From the human T2T-CHM13v2.0 reference genome, Homo sapiens, in assembly GCF_009914755.1 (NCBI RefSeq), contig NC_060938.1: a DNA stretch of 64,000 nucleotides. One strand, written 5' to 3'. The notes under the pieces are model-generated. The model worked only from the letters and a program-made list of their open reading frames with translations. It had not been told where the DNA came from and did not search any database. Below, piece by piece: positions 25,481-38,247 of this stretch. The first letter of the stretch is position 1; every line of letters begins with the position of its first letter. Both the position numbers and the translations under genes were made by a program.

Positions 25481-26589
25481 AAAGTCGCCCCTAACATGAG
25501 TGCAGACACTACAGCTACAATAACAAGTGAAGGTGGAGAAGGAAGCACAGAGGCAAGCAGCTGGGGAGATGTGGGGGTGGGATCCAGGGAAGGGTCTCTC
25601 TTTATTGCATCTATTTTCAAATTGAAATAGGAAGCAAGGCAGCAGGAGTAAGGAAGCCTGGGGAAGGTTTTAGAGGTTTAAGGAGGAAGGAGAAGGCACG
25701 ATACTGTTGCTTGGGGACAAGGCAGCACTTCCAGAGCTGGGTGTCTGGGCTCCAGGGCAAGTCACTTAATCTCTTCCTGTGCCAGCATCTCCTCAGCTGT
25801 GAAATGGTGATTATTATAGAACAGATTCATAGAGTTTTATGATAATTAAATCAGTTGGTATTCATAACATGCTTAGATTATATATATCTTTATTAAGATA
25901 ACAAAGAAGTCTGGCAGACTTATGGACTCAGGAAATGAATGAGTTTGTAGGACATCATCCAGGGCCCACTGGAGGTTTGGGCTTGATGATTAAATGAGAG
26001 CAAAAGGCACGTGTGTTTCTCTCTGGCTGTGCTCAGCCACCTGACTGCAGGGCTCAGCCACCTGACTTCAGGAGCAGAGGGAGTGGGTGGCTGGTTTTCA
26101 GCAGAGTGCAGTTTTGCCCTGGGAGTAAAATCAATTGTGGGGCAAGAGAGTGGAGAGTGTTAGAGAGGGTGGATGACAAGCTGGGCCATATAGTCTCAGC
26201 TGGGAGGAGGGGAAATTTGCAAGAAAGTGGGTGAGACACAAAAGTGAAAATTTGGAGTCATTGAAGTGTGTTGGATTTGCGAGGCAGCTGGAAAAAGGAA
26301 AGTGGTGGTCAAAAAAAGCGTGTTTGAAATTGAGGGTCTGGAGTAGCTACAGTTTCTGCAGTGACAAGGACAAGAATATACAGGTAGGAGTGGGTGACTC
26401 AGGGAGAGTGGAGACAAGGTCTCTAGGGGTGGAGGGACCAAGAGCCAGAGCATGAGGAGGACTCTCTATGTGCATGTTGGCATGACCTCAGCAGGAGAAA
26501 GTGCCCATGAACTGGGAGCCAAGTCTTCAATGCATAGGGATGTGGTCCTGGGTGCAATTTGACGGAAAGAGCTTCAATATTGATTCCCT

Positions 26590-27215
26590 TTGTGTGTCAC
26601 CGTGTCCTCGGGTAATTTTTCTTTGTGAGAACATCACAAAGTGTGGTTACAGACACCTCAATATTGTACCTACTGTACACCTAGGCTCTATGGCACAGCC
26701 TACTGCTCTCAGGCTGCACACCTGGGCACAGGTTACTGCAGTGAATACTATTGGCAGTTGTAGCACAATGGTCAGTATTTGTGCATCTAAACATATCATG
26801 AAAAGTACAGTAAAAGCATAGTATTGCACTATATACAAATATAGTATGGTACCTAGACATGGTGCACTGGTCTAGGACACTTACCATGAATGGAATGTGC
26901 AGGGCTGGAAGCTTCTCTGGGTGAGTCAGTGAGTGGTGAGTGAAGGTGAAGTCCTAGGGCATGACTGTGCACTACTGTAGATTTTATAAACACTGGACAC
27001 TTAGGCTACACTACGAGATATATATTTCTTTTTCTATAGAATTATAAATCTTTTTTAATAAATATATTTTTAAAGTAACTCTGCCATAACATTACAATTG
27101 TTATGTCACGGGGCTAGGCAGTAGGTGTCTTTCAGCTCCATTATAGTTTCATGGGTCCACCACTGCACAAGTAGTCTGGGTTGACGGAAACATTATTTCG
27201 TGGCACATGAATGTA
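26590..27215 (+). mobile_element. Tigger3 (MER7/Golem) DNA transposon derivative
   Basis: Motifs cacctaggctctatggcacagcctactgctc, gaatactattggcagttgtagcacaatgg and ctctgggtgagtcagtgagtggtgagtgaa, ending cacatgaatgta. Confidence 0.8.
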
Positions 27216-27915
27216 TTTTTATGGGAGAGAAGGATGATGAGCTGAAAGAGGGAGGCAATGAGAAGCAAGGAGGACCTATCCTGCTCAGGCCCAGGGAAGG
27301 GCTGCAGCAGAGGACAGCAAGGCAGCAGTGTCCTTGGGGGATCAGGCCTCTTACTCACAGGAAGGAAGAAAAGGAAGAGTTCCCTGGGGCTGCTGGAAAC
27401 CTGGGGGCTGCTCGTGCTGGAGCAGGATTTTGAGGACATGCAAAAGGGTTTCAGCAAGGGAGGGAGGGAGGAAGGAACTGGGGAGCGAGGGTCAGCCCAA
27501 GATAACCAGGCCTCTCCCAGGAATCTTCTGGCCACTCAGAAGCAGTGGTCATGCCCAGTTGAGCCCACAAAGGGCACCCAGTGCCCAGCGTGAGAACCTG
27601 GCCTGCCTATTGCCCAGGCCTGAGGCAGCCCAGCCATTGCTGGTACCTGCTGTAACCCCTAAGATGGATCAGCCTGGCCCGGTCCTCAACAGCCCTCACT
27701 GAGGCAGGTAAAAACACAGGCACCTGTAATAAGAGGCAGGCAGAGGCAAGTCACATGGCAGTGGCAGACCAGGTCTGCAGGAGCCCAGTCAGATGGGCAC
27801 TGAATCCAGGCAGGCTTTCTAGAGGCAGTGACTCAGGATTTGTGTTCCGGTTGTGATGGTGGCACATCCAGGAAGCAGCGCATGGTCCAGCTGGGCACAT
27901 TGGGACTGGAGGCTG

Positions 27916-27992
27916 TTTTTTGTTTTCGTTTTTGAGATGGAGTCTCACTCTGTCTCCAGGCTGGAGTGCAGTGGCATGATCTAAGCTCACTG
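27916..27992 (-). mobile_element. severely 5'-truncated Alu (3' ~75 bp)
   Basis: T-tail plus gagatggagtctcactctgtctccaggctggagtgcagtgg. Flanked by ggaggctg(g)ttttt repeats. Confidence 0.75.
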
Positions 27993-28602
27993 GAGGAGGC
28001 TGGTTTTTAATGAGTCTTGAGGCCAAGGCAAGGGTCATGACCAGGGTCCAGCCTCAGCAATGCACTCACCCCTTCACCCTGGGGCACTGCTGCAGACCCA
28101 CCATCACCAGCCTACATTTGCTCCCCTCCTGCCCTCTCTTCCCAGGAAGCCCCTCACCTGTCACTTCATGAAGAATATGGAAGCCAAGGAGGTCTTCTTC
28201 AGGCATTCCTCTCCACCCATGCACTTCCTCCCTCCCTGCCAGCTTCAAAGGAATTGATGTCCAGAGAGACCCTCCCCAGTTGCCTCACCTTTCCCTCAGC
28301 CTCTTCCAGGAACTGTCCTCTGACATCTCTCTGTCTAGGTCTCCCTGTCACTCTTGTGCACACCAGGACTGTTCTCCCTTTTCCTGTCAGCCGCTGAGTC
28401 CACTCAGATATCTTCTGCTTCCCAAAATTAAAATTACAAACCAAAACAGAAACAGCTTCCATGACCTTACACATTGTAGGCACTTGGCTACAGCAGTGAA
28501 TGACCTAGACAAAGTCCCTTTCCTCATGTAGCCCTCATGCTAGTAGAGTGAAACCGATAATAAATAAACTAGTCAAATGTTCAGCATGTGAGTTGGTGAT
28601 GA

Positions 28603-28742
28603 GAGCATGGTGCTTCATGCCTGTAATCCTAGTGCTTTGGGAGGCCGAGATGTGAGGATGGTTGAGGTCAGGAATTTGAGACCAGTCTGGGTAACATAGT
28701 GAGACCCTGTATCTACAAAAACTGAAATAAAATAAAATAAAG
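28603..28742 (+). mobile_element. FLAM/Alu monomer
   Basis: catgcctgtaatcctagtgctttgggaggccga ... gagaccctgtatctac followed by an (AAAAT)n tail. Confidence 0.8.
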
Positions 28743-28914
28743 GAAAAGTGAAGGAGGATAGAATGTATCAGTGGGAAAGGGGGATGGGAGAGCCACATTT
28801 TAGACAGGGTGGTCCAGGAGGGTAAAACTCCAATCAATATTCCTCTGGCCCATTCCACATCTATCCCCATCCCACCCCCTGCACAGTGCTTGGGTCAAAG
28901 CCTCTCAGTCCTGC

Positions 28915-29095
28915 TTGTATTTCTCCAAGAGTGATCCAGGGTCCAACTGCATCAGAACAGTGGGGTGAGGTCACAGCCCCTGCCTGTGAGAAGTGCAGAT
29001 TCCTCTTCCTGGACCAGAATTCCTGGGAACTGGACCCAGGAATTTCCCAAGATCTCTGGGGGACTCTGAGACAGCCCAAGGTATGGGAGCTGCAG
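28915..29095. mobile_element. MER5-like hAT relic
   Basis: Motifs ttctccaagagtgatcc, ctgcatcagaa, tgcagattcct and ggacccaggaat. Confidence 0.5.
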
Positions 29096-31579
29096 ATTTC
29101 CTCCTGAAAAGGGAGCACTGTCTCAAGGGGTGCAGGTAACTCAGCTCTACCTTGTAGCCACAAGACTAGTCTGAGCCTTGGAGAATGCTGCTCTTTCCTC
29201 CTGGAATGCCCTTCCCAGCTTTCCTTGCCGGGTAACTCTTACACATCCCTCAAGACCCAACTCAAGGGCCACCTCCTCCTGACGTCACTCCCTGAAATTC
29301 CTCCTGTGTTTCCACTCTCCTCTTCACCAAGTGATGTTGACATTTCTATGGGACCATCTCTCTCTCTCTAGACCAGAAAAGCCTACAGTTGCGGCCCCCT
29401 GTAGAGCAATTTGTGTCAGTCTGGGGAGAGTGGATTTGGAGCCCAACCACCACTGAGGAAAATCTGTCTGATGGACATGGTGGGTTCCAGCCCAGACGCA
29501 GGGGTCAGCGAGGGGTGGTGTGACAGTGAGCACAGACCTTGGGTGGTGGTGACAGTGGCTGTCATGGGGAGGAAAGGAATGGAAAAGGGACCTCATGGGA
29601 GCAGAAAGAAAGGCCTTAGCTGCAGATGGGCAGGACCCCACCAGGAATCCAGAACCCGCATCCTAATCCCAGCTCCGCTGTAAGTCCACAGTGGAACCCT
29701 GGCAAAGACTTTCCCCTTTCTGAGCCTCATTTTACTCATCAGTAAAATGGTGACTATAACTCCAACTTCACCAAGGAGATGCAAGGCTCAATGAGATAAT
29801 GGATCTGAAAATGCCTTATGTTTCATGGCACAAAGGAGAGGGATTCCTGACATGCGACAAGCACAGGGAGAGAGGAAGGATGGGGTCTGTAAATGGCCAG
29901 GTGGCAGCCCCACCCCTCCACACACACAAACACCCACCGTATCACCCACGCTGGTGATTTTCCCAGGAGGGCCCCCAGCCTGCAATTAGCATTGCCAGGT
30001 GGGCAGGGAGGGCTGCAGTCCCATTACAGGGGTGAGGAAACAGGCTGCGGATGGTCCCACAGGGAATTAGGAGCAGAGTCTAGCTCCCCATGGCAGGCAG
30101 GGAAGATTGAAGTTGCTGCCTGGAAAGAGGAAGGGAGGCATTGACTGGCACTCCGTGATTTAGGTGAGAAGCCCAGGCTCAGCCTGGTGACTTGAGCTTC
30201 CTGATGTAGAAGGTGAAGGATGCAGAGGAGACAGAGGGCAGGAGGAAGAAGATAAGGAAGAGAACAGCAAACTGGAGTCACTACAGGACACTAGCTGCTC
30301 CAGGCTGCTCTGTCTCATTCTAAGAGAAAAGGAAAAGTGGGAGAGGGGATCACAGATCATGTCCAGATTCCTCACTGGCATGGATGCTGCTATGGAAACA
30401 AAGATGGTCCAGGTTTGTGGACCTGGAAATCTGTGTTTACAGCCAACACAGTTGCTGCCTGAGACAGCCCCACCTGAAGACCCCAGAGCTGCCCCAGCTT
30501 GCCAGGCTTCCCGTCCTCCTGTCCTCCTGTTATCACCCCATGCTGCTGAGAACCTGCCTGGCAGACTGCCCAGCCAAGGCCGGGGCCTAATCTCAAGTGA
30601 AACTGACATGTCCTTGTGAGGGCTGAGGAACATCCTCTCTCCCCACAGAGCCTCACTCAGGTTCTCATCTACTTCCTTGGGGTCTGCCCCACCTCCCTCA
30701 GGAGTTTGGAACCACATACCGTTCTGGAGAGGACCTCTCACTGCTGCCGAACCTGTCCTCCAGGATACCCACAAGTGTTCATCTCGGTCGTGGCTAATTA
30801 ACTTATCATATGGTAGTGAACTACCTTCTGGGGCCCCAATATTTTGTTTATTTTTTTAAAATAAAATTAGTACCATTGTTTATTTTCTGAATGTGCAGAA
30901 ATATTTGTCTGATTAATATTTACATGCCCTTTGGGAAAACTTTACAAAATAAAAAATATGAAGGAGAATCCTACCACACAGAGATAATCACTTTAATTAT
31001 TTTTCTATTCATATTTGCACATACAGGTATATATGGGATCATGCTCTGTATCTGTTGGGAGTGCATTAATCTGAAAGTTCAGCCACTTAAACAAAGGTTC
31101 ATTTTTCTTACATAGTTAGAGTATCTATGGTTCCTGGCTATGGTTCACTGGTTCAACAATATTAGGCCCAGCATCTTTGTGAGTCTATTGCAATTTAGCT
31201 TATGGCTGTAAGACGGCTACTGCAGCTCCAACCACTACATGAGTTTACAAGGCCAGCAAAAGAAGTCACTTCTGTATTCTTATTAGAAAAGCAAGAACTT
31301 CAGAGGTGACCCCCAGAGGATTTCTCTTTAGGTCTGGAAATCTGTGTTTAGATTGGCCAGAACCTGATCTCATGACCATCCCTTACACTAGAGAATAGCA
31401 TTGTCATGATTGACTTTGGATCAAACATAATTTATTGACTGAGAGTGCACATGTGGTTCCCCCCAAAGAAGATCAGGAAAGGAAGGAATTTACAGTGTGT
31501 ACTACAGCATGCATGCTGTTTTATAAACTGCTCTTTCTCTTAATGGCATATTTCAAACATCTTTCCATACTAAGAAATA

Positions 31580-31830
31580 TAAATTCAGTCATTCATTTAA
31601 CAACAAATTATTGAGAGAGTACTGTGTTCCAGGAACTTAACTTGGCATGGAGGACACAATAATGTACATAGTATACTCCTTGCCTCCATGGAGCTTAGGA
31701 TCTAATGAGGGATACAGAAATTCATCAAAGAGATTCACAAAGAAATGTAAAATTACGATTGTAATTTGTGCTGAAAAGGAGGGAGGTGTGTGGTGTGTGA
31801 GAGCAGTGACAGGAGATTTGACTCAATCAG
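31580..31830 (-). mobile_element. L2 3' end relic
   Basis: Motifs ttcagtcattcatttaacaacaaattattgag and tgcctccatggagctta. Confidence 0.6.
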
Positions 31831-32029
31831 GAGGGTCTGTGTTCTGAATGGCCATAAGCCGGCCCCTTGCCTAGCTGTAGCACTATTATTTAGCCAATCT
31901 CTTATTGCTGGACATTCACATTCTTCCCACATCTTACTTTCTATCATCAATGAAACAATAAATACCCTTCTCTAAGTACTGCTTGGCACACTTGTCTGAT
32001 TACTTCCTCGGGATAAATTCCTAGGGTAA

Positions 32030-32162
32030 AGCCAGGCACCATGGTTCATGCCTGTAATCACAGCTACTCAGGAGGCCAAAGTGGGAGGATCACTCGTGGC
32101 CAGTAGTTCATGGCCAACCTGGGCAACATAGGGAAGTCATGACTAAAAAAAAAAAAAAAAAA
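32030..32162 (+). mobile_element. FLAM/Alu monomer
   Basis: gccaggcaccatggttcatgcctgtaatc ... cctgggcaacatag followed by poly-A. Confidence 0.8.
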
Positions 32163-32214
32163 TCCTGGAAGAAATGAACATTTCTTAGATGTCTAATTGC
32201 CAAATCAAGGGGTG

Positions 32215-32668
32215 CACCATCACCATCCCCATACTCACCATCACCATCCTCATTATCGTCATCAGTCTCACCCTCACCATTCTCACCAGCATCAGCAGCA
32301 GCATCCCCACCATAACTATCAGTATCATCACCACCTTCACTATCACCATCCTCACCATCACCATCATCATCACTATCACCACCATTTTCACCATCACCAT
32401 CCTGACCATCACCATCATTATCACCTCACCATCACCATCCTTACCATCACCATCACCATGCTCACTTTCACCATTCTCACCATTCTCATCATCATCCTCC
32501 TCAGCATAACTGTCACTATCATCAGCACCTTCACCATCACCTTCCTCACCATCACCAATATTATCACCATAACTATCCTCACCATCATCCTCAACATAAC
32601 TATCACTATCATTATCACCACCTTCATCATCACCATCCTCACCATTATCATCATCATCACAACCACAA
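32215..32668. repeat. (CAT/CAC)n low-complexity repeat, copy B
   Basis: Same degenerate array type as 12343-12850, sharing catcctcaacataactatcact. Confidence 0.95.
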
Positions 32669-35600
32669 TTATCAAAATCTTGGAGGAAAAGGAGAGGAGG
32701 TAGCATATTAAAATATAGGTACTTTGATGAAGAGGAACAGGCAGGGTTGAAGCTGGGGAGGGGATATCAAAAAATGGAGACCCCCAGAACATAAAACTAA
32801 GAAGCTCAGGCTTTGCCCAGAATCAGAGACATCCTTGAAGATTTATCAGCAGGAGAGTATGTACTCAGATTCGTGTTTAGGCAGAACATTGAGCAATCCT
32901 CAGAAGGAAGAAGCAGAGGGAGGGAGGCCCACAGAGGAGACAGAACCTTCAACACCAACCGCGGTCCTGGTCCTGGGTCCAGCAGATCTGGCAGGAATGA
33001 GGAACGGGAAGCTCATGGGTAAAGGCTGCAGCCAGGCAGGGAAAGGCCTCACTCTCCCTGCCACTCCTTTCCCTGCTTCCCACTTTCCTGTCCCATCTTT
33101 GCTAATAGGCTCAGCATCTCCAACTGCACTCAACCACTAGATTTGCCCCAATTCCTCCTCCTCTCTCATGCCTGAGGCCCAGGTGGCTTCCAGAGCTGAC
33201 CAGGTCTACTTTAGAATTCTAATGAGATAATCTGGGTAGAAGTGCTGGTGCCCTGCCAGCCACAGCAGCTACTCCTCATATGGTAAATTGGAACTGTCTT
33301 CTCAGTTCCTACAGCCTTGGGTTCAAATTCTCCCTAATCCAGATGACCACCGTCTCTCACCTGAGCAGAGAAGCCTCCCATTGGTCTCCCTGCCCCAGAC
33401 CATCCTCTTTCCAGATATCAGCCTGATAATTTTCTCAAACTGCAAACCTGGTCATGTCCCTCCCTTGTCCCTTTGACTAAAGGGTAAGATCCAAATTCCT
33501 TAGCATGACACCCCAGGCACTGAGGAGCTGAGGCCCCTCCATTTCCACCTTGACTTGTTCCCCTCCCCCTCTAGTAGCATTGCTGACCCACTTGCCTTGT
33601 TCTTTCACCACATGGCTTTGATCCTGTTGCTCTTCTGCCTGGAGCGTCTTCCTACACCTTCTCTGCTTGGTGAATTTCTACTTAACCTACAAAGCCACGC
33701 TCACCTTCTCTGTGAATCCTACTTCCTCCCCATCATGCCGCAAATTGTGTCTCTCACTAGACCTCCAGCCCCTAAAAATCAGGGACAGCTTAATGCATGT
33801 TGGAAATGGCTACTCCTCACTTAATTACCCTAATTAGCTAGTTATATTCCCTTATATTTATGTTTCCCCATTTACTGACGCTTTCCACAGGCCAGGAACT
33901 GAGATCTGGGGGAGGACCCTGAGGGTAGGACAAGCATGAGCACTGAAGGCTACAATGGCACAGGCACCAACAGACCATGTGGGGTGCAGGAAGCCTCATC
34001 TCTAGAGTGTCTTCCTGGTTTACCATGCGCTTTCCTCCCTTCCCTTATTGGAGTCACCTTGTGCTGGTTTTGATAGCCTGTGTCCCTGAAACATGGACTC
34101 CCACACACACAAACAGACCCACACGTATCCACATGTACCTGCCCATACATGCACAGACCTCTCTGTGTATCCCCCAGAGCCACAAATACCAATCTTGAGA
34201 ATGAAGATTTCGCAAGTGCTCTGTGCCAGGTATGATGCCAGGTCCCTGACAACACAAGACCACTCTGGTTTCTCCCACTCAGCTGTGCAAGGTTCGGGGT
34301 TGAGGAGCTCCCCCTGCCAAGGTCACAGACGTGGAGCATGAGGTAACAGCTATTTGAATGTAAGCCTGTAGGTCACCAAAACATAAGCCATGTGCACCCC
34401 ACCAGACTGCCTCCAAAGCACATGAAGACATGAGTCTATCAACTGTGACTCATTAGTACCCAGCAATATTTCCTCCTCCACTTCGTTTCCCACTGCCGCT
34501 CCAGTATCCCTGCCCACAGTCCCAGAGCCACCTCTGCTTAAGGGGGAGGTCAGGACAGATGTCCCGATCCATCCGATGCCATCTCCCAGGGTGCAGCCTC
34601 CTCATGGGGAAGAGGACTACCATGGCTAGTGGTGACATGGGTAGCTCTGGCCTCCAGGACTTCTCCCGGGGACCTCTGCTCAGGACATGGCATGGACAGA
34701 GGTGAGGTTACCATAAACTTCCTCGGAAATGACTACAAACCAGCTAAGACCATTCCAGCACCTAACATGCTGACAGCACAGGGTGGGCCCACAGAAGGGG
34801 AAGGGCTAGGGAGTCCAAGGCCACAAGAGTCCTCCCTCCCTGAGCCCTTGAGCACAGCCATCCAAGTGTAAAGGACAAATATGGGGGTTCTGGGGATTCC
34901 CAAGCCTGGGCCCTAGAGGTGAGTTCTAGCAAGGTCTCCAGATATCCTCCCCATCCATCCCCTCATCCTGTCTCACATATTGTAAAAACAAGGAAACTGA
35001 GGCCTAGAGAGGGAAGGGGCTTGAGCAGTCTCCCAGGCAGTTAGAGACAGAGCCCGAGTTAGATTCCATGTTTCTCTCATTTTTTTCCCCTAGGTCTGTC
35101 TCTGACTAGCTATGTGACCTTGGAAGAGTCACTCCACCTCTCTGGGCATTGAAGGTTTACAACTTCTGACATGTTCATTCCAGAGGGTTGTCAGGACCTG
35201 ACAGCCCTTCACCTAAACAAAACATTCTACAGTCTACAAGTATTCGTATATCTCTTCTCTTCTCTGACCTCTGTAATAGCCCTTTGAAGCTGTGAAAGTT
35301 GGTGCTTGTGTCCTATTACGCAGATGCAAATACTGGACTCAGAAAGACAAAGATCACACAGAAAGTTTGGGACAGGACTGGAACTAGAACCCAGGTCTCC
35401 CAAAATAGGGTCCTTGCCATCACTAAGGCTAGGAATACATTAAGACTCCACAATATGGAGAGTTGCTCAATGCATGCCACCAAGGTTAGAGCTGACCAAC
35501 CCCAGAATGCTCAGCAGCTCTGGGACCCTGGAGTGGAGGACTCAAGGCAGAGGGTGATGCCTAAGTCACACACATCTGAGCTCCAATCCAAACTCCACTA

Positions 35601-35847
35601 TGCAGCTGTGTGACCCCATTTTATGAGGCTCAGCATTCTCTACTACAAAATGAAACTATAGAAGGTGCCAAAAAGCTCAGGATGAGGGGAGAACTGCAAG
35701 CTGAATGCAGGACTACCAGGCAGATGGTAAGCACTCATTAGATTTTGTTTCAAGCACACAAATCATATGTTGTTTTTCATCATGTCTCCCCATGGTGTCT
35801 GGTCTATGGCTCCAGAACCAGGAGGCTTCTGATCAATCCTTATGCTA

Positions 35848-35972
35848 AATGATGGACAGATAGATGGATGGGTGGTTGGACAAATAAATGGATGGATGCA
35901 TGGATTGATAGATTGATGCTGGGATGAATGGATGGATGAATAGATGGATGAATGGATAAATGAATGGATGGG
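35848..35972. repeat. (GGAT/GAAT)n simple repeat
   Basis: Degenerate tetranucleotide run, seen directly. Confidence 0.9.
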
Positions 35973-36109
35973 TGCTCAGAAGAGAAGACAGAATAAAACG
36001 AGAGTCAAAATGAAAATAACAAGAAGATGATTGAAGGATGGGGCAGATACATGGAAGAGAGGTACAAGATCCAGCCCTTCGGGCTCCACTCAGCCCCACA
36101 ACCACATAC

Positions 36110-36294
36110 CTTGGGGTAGCACTGGCACATGCTCCAGATTATACCCCTGGACACCACGATGCTGCCGCAGAAGGTTTCATTGAACTGGGGCCCATCATGG
36201 CTCAGGAGGAATGTACTGAGAGCCAGGAGAAGACCCATACATTGAAGCAGAAGCAGAAGGTCTTCTCATCTGCCAAGGTCTCCTCACCTGCCAT
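36110..36294 (-). pseudogene. BSNDP: BSND (barttin) pseudogene, exon 1 coding part
   Basis: gcagccATGG start at 36294. Reads [13 protein letters not shown] then, after a frameshift, [42 protein letters not shown]|gtatgt. Barttin reads MADEKTF...[23 protein letters not shown]...[13 protein letters not shown]. Intact GT donor at 36109. Confidence 0.93.
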
Positions 36295-36846
36295 GGCTGC
36301 CAGCCAGGCCCTGGCCTGTGCACCCCTGCCAGAAGGGGCCCGTGTCATCCAGCATAAACATCCAGACAGGATCACAGGAAGAGATGAAGCTCTTGGATCA
36401 CTGCAAATCAAAGTTTAAAGTTAAAGGGATGGCAAGACCCCTTCAGCTGCAGGCCCATTCCCTGGACCCATCAGTTCAGCAGGGCTGAAGGCAGCATGCT
36501 TCGGTAGACCAATGAACCCACTCCCCACCCTCTCTCCTTCCCTTGGGGCCCAGAAGGCCTGGAATGCATGTGTGAATATGGGTGAGGGAGCATGCAAGGG
36601 AGGGACAAGGGGAGGTTACAGGGGCTGGGCCCTAGACAAGCCTGTGACAAAACCTTCTTTGCCTACTTTGGGGCTGAACTGAGTAAGCAGCTGATCCCAC
36701 ACCTTCTAGCCCCGGGAAGCAGGGTACAATTCTGTAGCCAAAATATGTTAAAATGCTGCCGGAGGATTTCAGGATCCCACTGCCAGGCATTTCAGGATCC
36801 TAGATTTTAGACCCTTCAAGGATCCTGGTCATTTTAGACCCTTCAA

Positions 36847-37900
36847 TGGTCCTGGTCATTACCTCTTTCCTCCTGCCCAGCATGTGCTCACACCAGCCCC
36901 TCTGCCTCATAGTCCTTCCCACAGGCCCTTTTTCTTACATTGTTTTAGAGAAGGTAAGCTCAGAGGGACTTTTAATCCATCTGGGATTCAGACATGATGG
37001 CCCATATGTACTGGATGGTGACGATGCGCATGGCACCATTCTAGGCATGTTACAGTGATTAACTCACTTAAGGGACTCCATGAGGCAGGTATTGCTATAC
37101 CCACTGTGCAGAGGACGCTGAGCACAGACAAGTAACTTGCCCAAGGTCACACAGCTGGAAATTGTAGAGAAGCTGGAATGTGAACCCAGAAGCTGTGCCC
37201 CTGGCCACAGGGCAATCCTGCTTAAAGGCAGCACGAGGTTATGGGTGAGAGCGCTGATGGCAAGGCAGGCTGCCTGTGTTTAGATCCTGGCTCCTGTACT
37301 GCGGGGCAGTATGGTCTTGATCACATTACCTGCCAGTGTCTGTTTCCTCCTCTGTAAAATGGGGATAATAACGGTACCACCCAACATTGGCGCTATCTCC
37401 AGGCCTAGGTGTCCTGGATCCTTCTGCCCCCTTTACACTCTGTGCAGCATCCAGACCTGCTTGTAATGAGGTCCTCTACTCCCCCACCAAAGCTCTGGTG
37501 AATTAATGTCCCTGTGGGGTATAAGTAACTGACAGTAACTTCCTCAGTCTCCTTGCAGCCTAATCTAAGATGCCTTCTAAAGAATAGCATTCTAATGTGA
37601 AATTTTTGTCCTGTGAAAGGCTAATGGGAGAAATCAGATTCCTTTGCAAGGTTACAGAAAAAACAGGACAATGAGTATCTCTAAGAGAGAATGTTCACTT
37701 GGAGTGTCGATGGGGTTAGGTGGCTGATACAGGATGAAAGGCTTTCCTTTGGCTCCCTGACTTGCTGGGTTTGAGGATTTCCCTGGTCCTGATCATTACC
37801 TCTTTCCTCCTGCCCAGCATGTGCTCACACCAGCCCCTCTGCCTCATAGTCCTTCTTCTTACATTTTTTTAGACAAGGTAAGCTCAGAGAGACTTTTAAT
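36847..37900 (+). repeat. ~120-130-bp direct repeat pair (36847-36976 and 37784-37900)
   Basis: Shared tcattacctctttcctcctgcccagcatgtgctcacaccagcccctctgcctcatagtccttc ... aaggtaagctcagag.gacttttaat. Confidence 0.92.
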
Positions 37901-37986
37901 ATGCCAATCGATGTTAATAAAACACAACTCAAAGACAAGTGCAAACATGCTTTCAACCAACATTAATGAGGAAACAAGACACAAAT

Positions 37987-38247
37987 TCTTTTTCTTTTTA
38001 TATTTTATATTTGAGATGGAATCTCGCTGTCGCCCAAGCTGGAGTGCAGTGGCGTGATCTCCACTCACCACAAGCTCCTCCTCCTGGGTTCACGCCATTC
38101 TCCTGCCTCAGACTCCTGAGTAGCTGGGACTACAGGCGCCTGCAAACATGCCCGGCTAATTTTTTGTATTACAGTAGAGATGGGGTTTCACCGTGTTAGC
38201 CAGGATGGTCTCGATCTCGTCATCTCATGATATGCCCGCCTCAGCCA
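37987..38247 (-). mobile_element. AluY-like element, 5' end missing
   Basis: Antisense Alu with cacgccattctcctgcc and caccgtgttagccaggatggtctcgatctc, ending at cccgcctcagcc. Confidence 0.88.

Noticed and set aside
32795-32865. BSND exon 2 as a listed feature
   Set aside because: Only short matches (cctgctga, ttcaagg, caaag) with indels and no convincing splice sites. Kept only as a hypothesis in the findings.
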